This document shows positions 62,704 to 64,000 of a stretch of 64,000 nucleotides of DNA, in pieces. Every line of letters starts with the position of its first letter. Position 1 is the stretch's first letter. This DNA is from Pavona decussata (lineage: Eukaryota). The position numbers and the translations under genes were made by a program. Location: the NCBI GenBank assembly GCA_977016875.1, contig CDRNST010000218.1, positions 1,240,001 through 1,304,000 on the forward strand, in the 5' to 3' direction. Below the pieces are notes generated by a model, which had not been told where the DNA came from, made no database searches, and worked only from the letters and a program-made list of their open reading frames with translations.

Positions 62704-62707
62704 TTAA

Positions 62708-64000
62708 GAGCGCCTGTCTGTAAAAATCAGACAAATTCTAAATTTTGTGGCAAGGGTGGAAAATTCGGTTTCTTTCATATTTTAACGTCAGACAGGTTAG
62801 GATATAATTAAAATCACGGTATAGTTTTTTTGGTGAAATATCCTTTTATTTCAAAGAAAAACGGAAGTAACGAAAATCCGTTAAAATCGTCATTTGAGGC
62901 ACTAAATTGTTACACGGGTTTGAGAGCCTCGCGTGCGAAAACAAATCACAAAAAACAAACCACCGTCAAAACGATTAAGCTTCTGGTGGTTCAATGTTAG
63001 AAGGATGGTCTATAGATTCCTGTAAAAATTTCTTTGGGCAAATGATTAAGAGTGACGTGAGAGCCTTTCATAGTCCGTACAAAATGCAAATATTTGACCC
63101 CCTGTGGTAAACTTTGGTAAAGTTGTGGGTCAGACATAATTTTTGGTCCATGTACATGTCTTGACCCATGTTAGGTTAAAATAAGCGCATAGAAAAACAT
63201 TTTGAAATGTTCTAACCTTATAATATGCTGTAAAAGACAGGTCCAGATGCCATTTTAGCACGATTCTCTGGTCGTTCGTTGCATAAGTTTGAGCCGGCTG
63301 TTTGTATTAAACGTCCGATGTAGTCACCACGCAAACTGGTCGAATACAAATCTTTGATCAACTTTTGGAGAATTTCATCAAGACTGCATGTTCTTCGATG
63401 GCTAAGTCATTTGTCAGTATTGCTTGGTTTACAGTGCACGAAAACATTACGTCTGATCGATGTTAGAATGACAAAAAATGTCGTTGCTTTCAGTCTATCT
63501 TGCATTGCAGGGAGCCATTTGTTCGTCACACAATAGAATGTCCTGGACATTTTAGGGGGGTGGAGGAGGGTGAAAATGCGAAATGCTTGATGACTGAACA
63601 TGAACATGCTCAAGGCAACAACGACAACAACAATAAACAAAGTGATATCTTTAGTTATGTTATTTTTCCCTTGCTAAAATCCAGATTATTTATTCGCGAA
63701 TGCGCGCAGGCATGGTTGTTGGGAGCGTTGCCGTTGCAGTATCAGTACTTACTGATGAAGATCACTACACATCCTTTAGCTAATTCTTTCCATCTTTAAA
63801 TGCCATAGATCCTAGTATGAAACCAAAAATATCCCTCATTGCAGGCATCTGTTTGTCATAGTATGTCACGGGCATGGGCGAGGACTAAAATGCTTGAAAG
63901 CTGCACTCGGCACTAGTCCTGGAACTAGTACATACTCTAGCTTTGAAACACAAAACTGCAAAATTCAAAAGAAAAAAAAAACAATTAATTTAAGGAATTT
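62708..64000. mobile_element. Insertion at a TTAA site, possibly Kolobok-like non-autonomous element; right end not seen
   Basis: Tigger frame stops at TTAA (62704-62707) followed by GAGCGCCTGTCTGTAAAA and unrelated non-coding sequence. Confidence 0.4.

Noticed and set aside
1-64000. Prokaryotic system (retron, DGR, defence island)
   Set aside because: Spliceosomal introns, LTRs with PBS/PPT and eukaryotic TE families account for all RT and nuclease domains seen.

Overview
Eukaryotic (animal; TE repertoire resembles a cnidarian/stony coral - inference) AT-rich window made almost entirely of nested transposable elements; no intact host gene is recognisable. Left to right: a decayed Crypton-type (DUF3504) tyrosine-recombinase element split by a SINE fragment and a two-gene Harbinger; a complete BEL/Pao LTR element (6754-15206, TSD AATGG); a second Crypton-type element holding a 218-bp tandem array in which every unit carries a type I hammerhead ribozyme (retrozyme-like, 3 direct copies plus an inverted one); a second BEL/Pao element inserted into an RPA-like OB-fold pseudogene; a full-length L1/Tx1-type LINE (about 25.7-45.06 kb) into which a 9.7-kb almost intact two-gene CACTA/EnSpm transposon, a Gypsy element and an RTE-type 3' fragment have inserted; and a second Harbinger (from 46407) stretched over about 15 kb by a TIR element with a 248-bp triplication, a piggyBac-like MITE, an inverted Penelope-like fragment with a variant hammerhead, a third BEL/Pao element (itself holding an unclassified TIR element and a MITE) and a pogo/Tigger element carrying a HIRAN-like gene. 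All five large retroelements lie on the minus strand. All calls are by eye from sequence motifs; no searches were run.
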